From Candidatus Latescibacterota bacterium (GTDB lineage: Bacteria > Latescibacterota > UBA2968 > UBA8231): a stretch of 64,000 nt of DNA. The stretch's first letter is position 1. Each line of letters opens with the position of its first letter. Under the pieces are notes generated by a model. It was not told the DNA's origin. It saw only the letters and a list, made by a program, of their open reading frames with translations, and did no database searches. The stretch spans positions 4,704,001-4,768,000 of the forward strand of contig OZ244561.1 in assembly GCA_965217585.1 (NCBI GenBank), given 5' to 3'. The position numbers and the translations under genes are program-made. Positions 19,126 to 29,640 of this stretch are shown in pieces.

Positions 19126-20016
19126 ATGATATTCACCGATGCGCAGTTGGCCCAGTACGAAGAGCAGGGCGCCGTGACCATCGACAGCCCCTTCACCACC
19201 GAGCAGTTGGACAGAGCAGAGGCGGCGTGGGACCGCTTGCGTCACCAAGGCGGTGAACCGTACGAGGATCCGGATTACATCGAAGTCATCGAGCACCCGT
19301 ACTTTGAGGAGGTGGCCAAAAAGCTGCTGCGCGCCGATGCGGTCCATCTGTGGTGGGGCCTGGCCCCCCACGAGCGGGCCCCGGCCTCAGCGCCGTACGC
19401 CGATCCCCGCCAGCAGTGGGCGCGCGGGTGCCACGTGGACATCCAGGCCACGCTGGAGGATTTTGCGGCCACCCCCCGCCGGATGCGGGCCGAGTTGTGG
19501 TTCTGGCTCAACGATGTGCCCGCGCACCGCGGTGCCATGCGCATCCTGCCCGGCAGCCACCGCCCCATCATGGCGCACTGGAGTCGGGTCCTCCGGCCCG
19601 AGCACAAAGCCGAACTGCCCCGCGTGCACGGCCTGCGGCCGGCTCCAGTCCCGTCGACTGCGCCCGCTTTCCCCGAGTACATCCCGGACCTGGGCGAAAG
19701 GCCCTGGCTCGAGTGCGAGCCCATCCCCGCAGTGGCGCGCCGGGGACAGATCTTGGTGCTCTGCAGCGCCGGACTGCACGCGGCCTGGCAGAATGAGGAC
19801 ACCGTGCCCCGCAAAGCCATGGGCACCTCGTGGATCGCCGCCGGAGTTTCGTGCGGCCTGCCCAAGAACCAGCGCGACGCCCTGATGGACTTCTTCCCCC
19901 GGCTGCGGCGCCAACTGCGCCCGGACCGCGCCCACATTGTGCCGGATCATTTCGACTGGCTCTTTGAAAGCGACTACGATCCGCGCTGGCCGGAGACTTT
20001 TCCGCCCTCCCATTGA
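19126..20016 (+). CDS. phytanoyl-CoA dioxygenase (PhyH) family Fe(II)/2OG oxygenase
   Basis: HxD (CHVD), GAMRILPGSH, distal His in LHAAWQN, and Arg in VPRK. Confidence 0.85.
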   Translation: MIFTDAQLAQYEEQGAVTIDSPFTTEQLDRAEAAWDRLRHQGGEPYEDPDYIEVIEHPYFEEVAKKLLRADAVHLWWGLAPHERAPASAPYADPRQQWARGCHVDIQATLEDFAATPRRMRAELWFWLNDVPAHRGAMRILPGSHRPIMAHWSRVLRPEHKAELPRVHGLRPAPVPSTAPAFPEYIPDLGERPWLECEPIPAVARRGQILVLCSAGLHAAWQNEDTVPRKAMGTSWIAAGVSCGLPKNQRDALMDFFPRLRRQLRPDRAHIVPDHFDWLFESDYDPRWPETFPPSH

Positions 20017-22760
20017 GCAGTTGTCCCGACCCGCCTAGAGGGCTAACGCTGATCGCCGTCGCAGTCGGCCTCCTATTCTCGTCGCCTTTTGGTGCATTCG
20101 CAATGGATCGCATTTCCACGGCAATTGGAGCGTGGCCCATGTATCGCGGCGACACCCGCCTCACGGGACGGGCCGTCCTGCCGGGGGCCATGCGCAAAGC
20201 GCCCGTCGTGGCCTGGCAATACCCGATCGAGGCGGGCCAAGTGTGGGCGGCCGTGCACGCGGCAACCAGGTCCTCGCCGGCGACGAGCGCCGGGCCCGAG
20301 CAATTCACCCCGCCCCACCGCCGCGCTGCCGAGGACCGGCAATGGGGCCTTGGGCCCCGCTTGGTCGATCTGTACGGCAACGGCCAGTTGGTGCCCGATC
20401 CGGGTCGGGCGGCTGCGCTGTTGCCCGAGGTCCCCGGGCTGCAGACAGTTGAATTTCCACTGGTTCCGGACGCTCCCGGGACCGATTCGAGGCAAGTGGT
20501 CTGCTATGCCCACGAGGCGGGCCGGAAGCGGGAAATATGGCGGTCGGAGATATTCCACACTGTCCAGAACACCAACTTTGTCGTCGCCGACATAGATGGC
20601 GACGGCCGACTCGAAATCGCCTTTGCGCCCCACTACCGGATCATTGTCCTCGACGGGCAGAGCGGCCGCACCAAGCACCTGCTCAACATGCACGGCCTGC
20701 GCAACTACGGTTTCTTCTGCGCCACCGACATAGATGGCGACGGCCGGCTGGATTTTGTCGTTATCGCCGACTTTGCCATGCACATCGACGTGGTCAAAAA
20801 CGAGGGGGATCGGCTAAGGCTGCTGTGGCGGCGCGATATCGAGCAAAATATCCAGAGCAAGAGCCGCATCATTCGCCCCGGGCCCAATCCAGTGCAGGAC
20901 CTCGACGGCGATGGCCGCATCGAGATTATCTTCAACCTTTTCAACGAGCGGGACGACGGCCAATGGCATGTAGTCGCCTGCGACGCGCTCACCGGCGAGA
21001 CCGTGCTCGACCTGCCGCGGCAATACCTCCACGGCACCGCCGATGTCGATGGCGACGGCGTGCCCGAACTCTTTGTTTCTCGCAGCGCGGGACTGCTGGT
21101 GCCCACCAATGCCGCGCTGAGCCTCCTGCGCGTTGATGGCGAGTCGGCCATACCCCTGTGGCACCATGCGCGTGGACAGTGGGTAACAGCGGCGACCGAG
21201 CTGCCCCCCACCCACTCGACCATTGTGGCGCGCGGCACCGACGATATAGTGACTGCGTCCCTGGCGGCTTCCGGCCAGCGTGGCTTTTTCACCGTTGAAA
21301 TTAGAGACAATCGGACTGAACTCTTGCGCGCCTTTGTCCTCGACCGCGCCGGGGGCACCGAGGTCCGCACCGCGCAGGTGTGGAGCTTCGACCTTCCGGC
21401 CCGCTCCCGGATGCAATGGCGGGCCTCCGCCGATATAGACGGCGATGGGGTCGACGAGGTACTCGTCAGCTTCCACCAGACGCACGGCGCAATAGCTGAA
21501 TTGGGTGCCGCAGAGGGTGCCCGGATCCGCGCTCTGCGCCTGGAGCGCACAGGAGCTGCCGGCACCCCTGGCACGGACGGATCGGGCATGCAGACGCGGC
21601 CGGTAGCCGTGGCAGCTAGCAGCCGCCAGCCAACCCGAGTGATCTTCGAAGGAGCCAATCGCCACCTCGCAGCGCTGGAGCCGCCGCGGATCCAAGGAGA
21701 TCCGGCGCTACTGCGCTGGCGCCTGCCGGGAGCCGGACCAGCCCTCATCGCCGAGCTAGACGGCGACGGCCGGCCCGAGGTGGTGTACGCGGATCAGACG
21801 ACCTCCGGAGAGGGTGAAATAGTCGCCGCCGACCTCGACGGCAAGCCGCGCTGGCACCGACGGGTGGCGGGTTTTCCCGGTCCCCATCCGCCGTGGAATT
21901 TCGGCGGGATTACTAGCTGGTGGGTCGGACGCTACAACGACACCGAGCGCGACGATATATGGGTCTCCGCCCGCCGCAGCACCATGCACAGCGACGAAGC
22001 TTGGGTATTGCGGGGCACGGATGGCGAGCCTCTGTGGCACCTGCGCGAAGTGCGCACTGACCAGACCGGAGCGGGCGCAAGAGGTTGGGGGGCTGGGGGC
22101 TCTTTCGTGGCTTCGGCCGATGTCGACGGCGATGGCCTGGAGGATGTCATCGGCCTGTATCCGGTCAATTACATGGCCGCCCGCGGCACCACTGGTGCCC
22201 TGGTCCACTCCATATCCGCGGCCAGCGGTCTGTTCGCCGGTGTCTGGGCCGCCTATTGCCAGCCGATGGTGGCCGACTTCAATGGCGACGGCCGCGAGGA
22301 ACTGCTGTGGTGCGGTCCCTACCACCACGGGCTCACCACCTTGGACGCCAGCGTACTCTGGTACCACGCCGGTGGAGCCGGCATGGCCGGCGTCGGCGAT
22401 GTCGATGGCGACGGCCGTTTGGAGTTGGGCATCACCGGCTGGGAAAAGGGCGAGGGCCTGCGCTGTCTGGACGCGGCCACTGGAGCGGAGAAATGGCATT
22501 GGCCTCTGCCGGGCAATGCGCGGACTGCGGTCTACTCCGCCGACATCGACGGCAATGGCCGGGATGAATTTCTCTTTGCGGTCGAGCAGACGCTCTACGC
22601 GGTCGGCGACCGCGACGACGCACCGCATCTGAGGTGGCAGCTGGACTTGCCCACGAGGCCGGGCGATCTGACCCTGGCCGATGTCGACGGCGACGGCGAG
22701 ATCGAAATCCTCTTCATAGGCGAGGACTCCGTCCTCTACTGCCTCGATTCCGCCCGCTGA
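20013..22760 (+). CDS. secreted FG-GAP/VCBS repeat beta-propeller protein
   Basis: More than ten DxDGDG motifs, N-terminal WPMYRGD (PQQ-like) and a signal-like hydrophobic segment. Start uncertain. Confidence 0.8.
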   Translation: MSSCPDPPRGLTLIAVAVGLLFSSPFGAFAMDRISTAIGAWPMYRGDTRLTGRAVLPGAMRKAPVVAWQYPIEAGQVWAAVHAATRSSPATSAGPEQFTPPHRRAAEDRQWGLGPRLVDLYGNGQLVPDPGRAAALLPEVPGLQTVEFPLVPDAPGTDSRQVVCYAHEAGRKREIWRSEIFHTVQNTNFVVADIDGDGRLEIAFAPHYRIIVLDGQSGRTKHLLNMHGLRNYGFFCATDIDGDGRLDFVVIADFAMHIDVVKNEGDRLRLLWRRDIEQNIQSKSRIIRPGPNPVQDLDGDGRIEIIFNLFNERDDGQWHVVACDALTGETVLDLPRQYLHGTADVDGDGVPELFVSRSAGLLVPTNAALSLLRVDGESAIPLWHHARGQWVTAATELPPTHSTIVARGTDDIVTASLAASGQRGFFTVEIRDNRTELLRAFVLDRAGGTEVRTAQVWSFDLPARSRMQWRASADIDGDGVDEVLVSFHQTHGAIAELGAAEGARIRALRLERTGAAGTPGTDGSGMQTRPVAVAASSRQPTRVIFEGANRHLAALEPPRIQGDPALLRWRLPGAGPALIAELDGDGRPEVVYADQTTSGEGEIVAADLDGKPRWHRRVAGFPGPHPPWNFGGITSWWVGRYNDTERDDIWVSARRSTMHSDEAWVLRGTDGEPLWHLREVRTDQTGAGARGWGAGGSFVASADVDGDGLEDVIGLYPVNYMAARGTTGALVHSISAASGLFAGVWAAYCQPMVADFNGDGREELLWCGPYHHGLTTLDASVLWYHAGGAGMAGVGDVDGDGRLELGITGWEKGEGLRCLDAATGAEKWHWPLPGNARTAVYSADIDGNGRDEFLFAVEQTLYAVGDRDDAPHLRWQLDLPTRPGDLTLADVDGDGEIEILFIGEDSVLYCLDSAR

Positions 22761-22769
22761 GCTTTTCCA

Positions 22770-23900
22770 CTAGCTCCTCCGGGAACTCGGCTCGGCCTCT
22801 GCGACGAAGAAGTCATCGGCGAGGATGCTCTTGGTCTCGACTCCGTGACTGTACTCGGGCAGCCCGATTGTCGTCACCACGCCCATGGCCGTGAAGTGCT
22901 CGCACTCGCCGCTGACCCCGCTCTTATTGCCCCCGCCGTGGCCGCGCAGCCAGGCGTCGTCAATGACGCGCACTCCCTTCCACATGCCCCGGGTGGCATT
23001 GAGGTGGCCGAAGCGCGCCAGATCCGAGGCGCTGATGACCACCCAACCTGGGCCGCTGCGCACGACTTGGCCGCCGATCTGGTAGGGTGGGTCGAGGTAG
23101 GTGTACGCGTCCGGAATGGCGGGATAGAGGTATTTCCGCTCTTTCACTTCGCCGCCAGCGAGCCAGTCCCAGCGCTCGTATGGGATGCCAATGGCGTCGA
23201 ACAGGCGCTCCTGGACCACGTCCTTGAGGTCGCGGCCCCAAACGTAGGTCAGCGCTTGGCCCAACCGCCAGAAGCCGGCGCTGCTGTACAGCCCCTCGGT
23301 GCCCGGTTCGGCATGGGCGTAGCAGTCGTAGAAAGAGTCGCCCGTCCAATGGGCCCATTCGGGGACGCCAGAAACCGCGTCCCGCTCTTCGAGACCAGTG
23401 CGCTTTTCCCGCCAGCGGATGCCGATTTCAAAGGGAAAGCCGCCCCAGTGCAGGCTCTCATCGCGCCGCCCAATCAAGTGGCGCCAGGTGAGTTTTTGGT
23501 GGTGACCGCAATCGAGGTACTTGTGCTCGTGCGATAGCTGCCCGGCTCCGGTCCACGTCTGGTGGATCGGCTCGTCCGGGTCGAGGAGGCCGTCGCCAAC
23601 GGCCGCGCCCAGCACCACCCACGTCAAGGCCTTGCCGACCGAGGCCGTCTGATGCCGATAGTGGCGGTCGCCCCAGGCGTGCATTAGGTATCCGCCGCGC
23701 GTGAGCACGGCGCCGTACTGGTCGCCGCTGTGGTCCTCGCCGCCAAAGCTCGCCCCTCTGACATCGAGGCTGTCCAGCCAGGTGGCGAATTTCCGCGCAT
23801 CGAGACCGGCTTCGGCGGGCGCAATCTGCACCCAGTCGCGATCCGGGTACGCGACCCAGTCCGGTACTTGTACCGTTGCCGTCGGGGCGATCAGATTCAT
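22770..23900 (-). CDS. serine hydrolase, beta-lactamase-like (divergent)
   Basis: SxxK (ASVGK), EPGT..LYSS and ISASDLARFGHL motifs. Confidence 0.7.
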   Translation of the reverse strand: MNLIAPTATVQVPDWVAYPDRDWVQIAPAEAGLDARKFATWLDSLDVRGASFGGEDHSGDQYGAVLTRGGYLMHAWGDRHYRHQTASVGKALTWVVLGAAVGDGLLDPDEPIHQTWTGAGQLSHEHKYLDCGHHQKLTWRHLIGRRDESLHWGGFPFEIGIRWREKRTGLEERDAVSGVPEWAHWTGDSFYDCYAHAEPGTEGLYSSAGFWRLGQALTYVWGRDLKDVVQERLFDAIGIPYERWDWLAGGEVKERKYLYPAIPDAYTYLDPPYQIGGQVVRSGPGWVVISASDLARFGHLNATRGMWKGVRVIDDAWLRGHGGGNKSGVSGECEHFTAMGVVTTIGLPEYSHGVETKSILADDFFVAEAEPSSRRS

Positions 23901-24034
23901 GGTTCAACTCCTCTGTGTAGTGTATTTTGATGGTGCCACGGAATCCCGGCTGCGCGGCGGCGAGGTGGTGGCGATGGATAATTTCGGTACGGATCTGACC
24001 TTTTTCCCGCCGTTTGATTGAGCCGATTTCGACC

Positions 24035-25114
24035 CTAGTCGGCCAACTCGCTGCCCCGGCGGTTGGCGATGGAGCGCGGCGTCAGGTCGAAGAGGGTGTC
24101 GTGCCCGTGGAAGAAGCGGTCGAGTTCGTCGACCATCAGCTCGAAAAAGCGCGGGTAGCTCTGTTCCGTCACGCCGGCGATGTGGGGGGTGACGAAGACG
24201 TTTTCCAAGTGGAGAATCTCCTTGTCGCCATAGGCGTCCTCCGCTCCCACATCCGGGTCGAACACGTCTAAACCGGCGACGATATCGCCCCGCTTGAGCC
24301 GCTTCACCAGCGCCTCCGAATCAACCACTTTACCCCGCGACACATTGACGAACACCGCGCCCGGCTGGATCAGGTCTAGCTCCCGTTGCCCAATCATGCG
24401 CTCGGTGCGCGGGGTGTGCGGGGCTAGGCAGACGATGGCGTCGCACAGGGACATCACGTTGTCCAACGAGGTTTTGAGGAAGCCGACGGCGTCGGCCATC
24501 TCCCGCGCCAGATAGGGATCGCACACCCACACTTCAGTATTGAAGGGGCGCAAAAACTGGATTAGCCGCCGACCAATGTGCCCGCAGCCGATCAGACCGA
24601 CGCGCTTGCCGGTCAGGTCGCCGTGGATAAAGCCAAAGTCGCTGTGCGGACGAGGGCGCACGTCGCCGGCGATGAGGCGGCGGAATTGGGCACCGGCGTT
24701 GCGCAGGGAGATGATGATGAGCGCCAAGGCCCACTCGGACACTGGATACGACGAGCCGTTGGTCGTATCGACCGTACAGACGCCCCGCGCCCAAGCGGCT
24801 TCGACGTCGATGCGGCTGGCAAAGCGGTCGCCTTCTAGTTCGCCGATGATCTTCAGGTCGGGGGCTTGATCCAAGATCGCGGCCTCGACTGTCGGGCAAC
24901 CGTGGCAGACGACTAAGCCGTCGTAGCTACCCAGCCGCTCGCCCAGTGTTCGGGCGATCTCGGGGTCTGCGTTGGTGTCGTAAATGCCGCCGCCTTCGCA
25001 TTCGAACCAGTCCCAGTCGGCGAAGGCTTCAAGGCGTTCGAAATCGGTCGCGGCGAGGTACTGCTCGCGCACGTGCTTGTTACAGGCGATGAGTATTTGG
25101 GGGCGTGCGTTCAT
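24035..25114 (-). CDS. D-2-hydroxyacid dehydrogenase family
   Basis: GLIGCGHIG, FVNVSRG, GLDVF and TPHIAG motifs. Confidence 0.92.
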   Translation of the reverse strand: MNARPQILIACNKHVREQYLAATDFERLEAFADWDWFECEGGGIYDTNADPEIARTLGERLGSYDGLVVCHGCPTVEAAILDQAPDLKIIGELEGDRFASRIDVEAAWARGVCTVDTTNGSSYPVSEWALALIIISLRNAGAQFRRLIAGDVRPRPHSDFGFIHGDLTGKRVGLIGCGHIGRRLIQFLRPFNTEVWVCDPYLAREMADAVGFLKTSLDNVMSLCDAIVCLAPHTPRTERMIGQRELDLIQPGAVFVNVSRGKVVDSEALVKRLKRGDIVAGLDVFDPDVGAEDAYGDKEILHLENVFVTPHIAGVTEQSYPRFFELMVDELDRFFHGHDTLFDLTPRSIANRRGSELAD

Positions 25115-25150
25115 GGTTATGGTCTCCGTTGTTAACATGATTCAGCGGAG

Positions 25151-25336
25151 TTATCCGCCTATTTCTGGTATGGAGAGTGATAGACGATCCCGAAAGATGA
25201 GATCGATCGCGCTCGCCAGACTTTCCCGAGCCTCTTGCTTTGTGCGGCCTTGGCCGTTGGCTCCCGGCACCTCTGGACAATATGCGATGTGCCATTCGCC
25301 GTCTCGTTCAAAAATAGCCGTGTAGGTATTGCTCAC
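25151..25336 (-). pseudogene. orphan, probably 3'-truncated HicB-like antitoxin
   Basis: YTAIFERDGEWHIAYCPEVPGANGQGRT.QEARESL is a HicB N-terminal fold with an AGGAGG SD. It ends abruptly after RDR and has no adjacent hicA. Confidence 0.65.
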
Positions 25337-25397
25337 TGTTCGAACCTCCTGTGAGAAGCTGTCTCAAAACCCCTAGCGGTGGGATTTCCTAATATAG

Positions 25398-26639
25398 TTA
25401 CTCCACTTCCACTCGCACTCGGCGTTGGGCCGGGTCAAAGGCGACTAAAGTAGCTCCGTCCTCTAACAGGAAAGTGTCGCTTTTGAAAGAGGCGCGGCTC
25501 GAAGCTCGCGTCAATGGGCGGTCATCTACCCGAACTGAGCGCACCTGCCCATCCGTCAGGCGCAGGGTCAAATCAGGGGTCTGCACCGGCAGGTTGAGGC
25601 GGATGGTGTTGCCCTCTACTGAGATCTCGGCCATTGCGCGGGCGCAGGCATAGGTGGTAATCTGGCTACAGGTGCGCCATTGGGTGCGCTCTCCGCTGGG
25701 ATCGCGCTCGGCGAGACGGCTCACCACTTTTTTGAATGCCTTAAAGCCGCGCCGGTCCGCATCGTGTAGCCCATAAAATCCCTGCCAATGGCTGATGAGT
25801 ACCGCTGGCTCGCCCGCGTCAATGAGGGCCGGTAGGCGGCCGCCCTCCAAGTCGGGCGCGATGTACTTGTCGGGATCAACCTCGCCATACCCGGTCCAAC
25901 TGCCAGTCCAATCGCCAGTGGAGGCAATGATTTCGCCAGTGGCTTGCCCGGCTTGGCGATCGGGGTACCACACGGGGGTGTCCACCGTGGCCTCCCTAGA
26001 GATCCGCTGAAAAAAGTAGGGCACGGGGTTGCCCGTGACTTGGCGCACGGCCTCGCCAGCACAGCGGGCGTAAAAGGGCAAGGTGCGGCCGCCGAAGCCG
26101 CCCGGTGAGGTTACTCCTTGGGGCGTCAGGCCCACAGCGACTAGAATGCGGCACGCTTGGGCGATGTACTCGGTGACCAATTCCTCTTGGTCTTCGGGCA
26201 GCGCGGCCCAATCGTATTGCTCCCATATTCTAGAGGGGAGCGGCTGCAAGGTCTTGGGATCTAGCACGAACGTGTGGGTGAGCATCTCGGGCGTGATGTC
26301 GAAGGCGGGGACGATGACCTCGCGGCACATGGCCAGCCATTCGTCTTGCTGGGCTTTGCTGAAGAGAGGCAGCCCCTCGTCGATGCGTCCTAGAGCCGCC
26401 GGGCAGGGCACCACCGAGAACTTGCCCCGGACGCCGCTTGCTAGGCACCACTCGGCAAATTCGCGGGTAAAGGACGTAGGATGAGCCACCGGCACATCCT
26501 CCCAGCGCTGGGGACGGCCCTCGGCAATAGTGCGATCGCGAAGGAAGAAATAGTTGAGGTTGACCAGCACTGTGGAATCGTCGAAGATGATGGACAAGGG
26601 CACCCGATCGAGGGCGTGGCGGGCGATTTCAGCGAACAG
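25398..26639 (-). CDS. uncharacterised protein with polysaccharide-deacetylase-like (NodB) motifs; probable CTG start
   Basis: IIFDDS, MLTHT and ISHW motifs. GGAGG SD 6 nt before an in-frame CTG at 26639. Confidence 0.55.
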   Translation of the reverse strand: MFAEIARHALDRVPLSIIFDDSTVLVNLNYFFLRDRTIAEGRPQRWEDVPVAHPTSFTREFAEWCLASGVRGKFSVVPCPAALGRIDEGLPLFSKAQQDEWLAMCREVIVPAFDITPEMLTHTFVLDPKTLQPLPSRIWEQYDWAALPEDQEELVTEYIAQACRILVAVGLTPQGVTSPGGFGGRTLPFYARCAGEAVRQVTGNPVPYFFQRISREATVDTPVWYPDRQAGQATGEIIASTGDWTGSWTGYGEVDPDKYIAPDLEGGRLPALIDAGEPAVLISHWQGFYGLHDADRRGFKAFKKVVSRLAERDPSGERTQWRTCSQITTYACARAMAEISVEGNTIRLNLPVQTPDLTLRLTDGQVRSVRVDDRPLTRASSRASFKSDTFLLEDGATLVAFDPAQRRVRVEVE

Positions 26640-26799
26640 GAGCGTCCTCCTTTTTTTATCAATCTGCCGCGACTGAACGGCTGTTTGGCGTCTAATATAC
26701 TATGCTCTCTTGCCGTTACAAAAACTACACCCAATGGGGGACATCCGCCGCGTACCGGCTGGGGTTGACTCCTGATCTGCTAGGCGCGGTCCGAAGAGA

Positions 26800-29460
26800 G
26801 TGCGCCCAGTGACCAATCGTCCGCGCGTCGCCGTGCGCCTCGCCGGTGCGGCCCTGCTGCTCGGTGGCTTGGCCTTCAATCCGCTGGCCCTCGCGCATTT
26901 TTCCCCAGGGCATCCGCTTAGCACCGAGGGTGTCATCGTTCTCCAGATCGCCTTGATTCTTGGCGGCGGTTGGCTCGTTTGGCGATGCCCCCGGCTACCG
27001 CTGGTTCCGATTGTGCTCGTCGCTCTCGCCTTTGGCGCGCTGGCCATTATCGGGGGATACAGTACGGTCCGCTCACTGCAAACGGTGCAGGAACGCAACC
27101 GGCTCTTGGCGACTATTGACCGCAGCGAAGAGGTGCAGCAGCACCTGAGCGGCGAGGCCCTGCCGCTTCTCGCCTTGGGGATGTACCAAGGCCAATTACC
27201 CGCCGCGCCGGCTCGTGCGCTTTTTGCCGCCACGGTCGTTGTCGCGGACGTGGAGCAGACAGCAGAGGCGACCGAAGTCGTCCCGGCGTTGGGCATTAAG
27301 CGCCAGCGCTGGCGGATCGCACCCGCCGCGCAGTTGCGCGGCTCGGACCTCCAGCTATGGGGGCCGCTCTTGGCTGCGGTGCATTCCTGCGACTATGCGG
27401 CCTTCCATATTGAGAGCGGGCATTTCCTCGACGAGGGGGAGGCGATCTATCAAGCCCGCTTGCGCTTTGACGCCTCGGCGCAGACACAAGACGGGGAGCG
27501 CGCGCAAATTCGGGCTTGGCTAATGCTGGATTGGCAGCGACAGGAAGATGCCACTTGGCGGATTCAGCGCTGGGAGACCGAATCGCTGGAGATGCTCACG
27601 CGGGCGCACGCGCTGTTTGCCGAAGTCCTCGACGAGGCACTTCCGCGCGACGAGGCCCGCGCCCGGGCTCGGTTTTCGCGCCACGCCGAACTGGTGCGCC
27701 AGTCGTTTAGCGACTCCGCGTTTGTCGCACCGCATCGCTATTTCACCCGCCAAGCTTTTGACCGCCATCCCGGCATCAGCGTCGTGGATATCGACGCCGA
27801 TGGGTACGACGACCTATACATTGCCGTGCGCCGGGGTAGGAACATGCTGTTGCACAATGGCGGCGACGGCACGTTCACCGAGCGCGCGGCCCAATACGGT
27901 CTCGATGTGGAGCACCACACCGCGGCTGCGCTCTTCGCCGACTTTGACAACGACGGCGACCCGGATGTCTTCCTCGGCCGCACGCTCGCGCCCAGCCGCT
28001 ACTTGGTCAACGAAGACGGGCACTTCGCTTCCCGCGACTTGGGCGATGGCGTCTTGCCGTTTCTCGTGGCCTCGATTTCAGCGGCCGATTACGACGGCGA
28101 TGGCCTGCTCGATGTGTACTTTTCCACGTATGCCGCGCGGATGTTGCTCGAAGCGGTCACCACCGCGTCTCACGCAGGAACGCTGTTGGCCGACTTCCTG
28201 CCTGCGGACCACGCTCGCACACTCTACGACCTGAGCCGCGACCGCATCGGCCACCTCATCCACGATGCGCCCGGGCCGCCCAATGTCCTGCTGCGCAACC
28301 TCGGCAACGGTCGCTTCGCACCCACCGCCGCGGTGTGGCGCAATACGTTACAGGCGACCTGGGCCGACTACGACCGCGACGGCGACCCGGATCTCTACCT
28401 CGCCAACGATTTTGCTGCCAACAACTTGCTCCGCAACGACGGCGGTGCCCTCGTCGATGTCACCGCCGCGAGCGGGGTTGCGGATCCGGGTTTTGGCATG
28501 GGTGCGAGTTGGGCCGATTACGATGGGGATGGCCGCCAAGACCTGTATGTAACCAACATGCACAGCAGCGCCGGTCTCCGCATCACGGCAGCCGCTGGGC
28601 GGGCGGGCGCGGCGTTTGCCCCTTTGGCTCGGGGCAACTCCCTCCTGAGGAACGGCCGCGCAGGCTTCACCCGAGTTGCAGATTCGACCGTGGAGGACGG
28701 CGGCTGGGGCTGGGGCGGCCAATTTTTGGACTTTGACAACGACGGCGACCTCGACATCTACACCCTGAGTGGCTACTACACCCCGCCGGCCGCAGTCGCT
28801 CTTCCCGAAGATACCTGAAGCCTGTTTTGGCGCACGGTCGTGCGCCATGGCCGGACCGATGGGGCGTACAACGTGGGAGCGCGGCTCGACGCTGGGGCCT
28901 CGCTCAGCGGATACCAGCGCAACCGCTTATTCCTCAATGTAGAAGGCCGCGATTTTATTGACCTGTCGGGCCTGTCAGCGGCGGATTCGCCGGCGGATGG
29001 CCGCGCCTTCGCCACCTTGGACTTCGACCGCGATGGCCGCATTGATTTGGCCGTCGTCAATGCCAACGAGCCGTTCTGCGAGTTGTTTGCGAACCGGAGC
29101 AAGGCGGGGCACATCCTCGCGTTGCGCTTTGTGGGAGGTAACGACCGCGACGAGGTCTCGCGCGAGTGGAGCGTGCGCGATGGGTATGGTGTCTCGGTTG
29201 AAGTAGATGTCGGCGGGAGGACGCTGTTGCGCGAGCATCGGGCTGGCGAGGGCTTCTCGGCCCAGAACAGCGCGACCTTGATCGTCGGCTTGGGCGCACA
29301 TCAACGAGCGGATGCCGTGCGCGTGCGTTGGCCTTCGGGACGCACCCAGCGCGCAACTGATGTGGGGGCTGGGGTGCTGTTGACTGTGTACGAAAACTCT
29401 CGGTACTCGCCTACGGGGGCGGCGTTTGTTGTGGTGCCGTACCGCAGCGGAGAGCCGTAA
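26800..29460 (+). CDS. membrane-anchored CRTAC1/ASPIC-UnbV protein, probable selenoprotein (in-frame TGA 28816..28818); otherwise two ORFs, 26800..28818 and 28840..29460
   Basis: The two ORFs are in the same frame, separated only by TGA. FG-GAP repeats precede it, and the last blade plus ASPIC/UnbV domain follow it. A SECIS-like hairpin lies just downstream. Confidence 0.8.
28828..28847 (+). promoter_or_regulatory. candidate bacterial SECIS element
   Basis: Perfect 8-bp stem TGGCGCAC/GTGCGCCA with a GGTC loop. The loop starts after 17 nt downstream of the TGA. Confidence 0.7.
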
Positions 29461-29640
29461 AGGCGAGGGTGGGGCGATTGCGTAGCGACCCCATTGGTAG
29501 GATATTGACAGTATGTAACGACGGTGTTGATGAACTGCGACCGGCATCATTCGATCAAGTTGTATAATACTTGAAGGAGATGTTGTGGATGATAGAGTTA
29601 TTACTTGATGTCAGAGATTCACTTATGAAGGCCAGAGAAA

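Larger units (their letters stand above)
16078..24024 (+). repeat. 80-bp direct repeat pair (16078..16157 and 23945..24024) bracketing a 7.8-kb five-gene island
   Basis: The last 77 nt of gene 14568..16154 plus GCC are repeated with 5 mismatches in 80. Confidence 0.92.
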
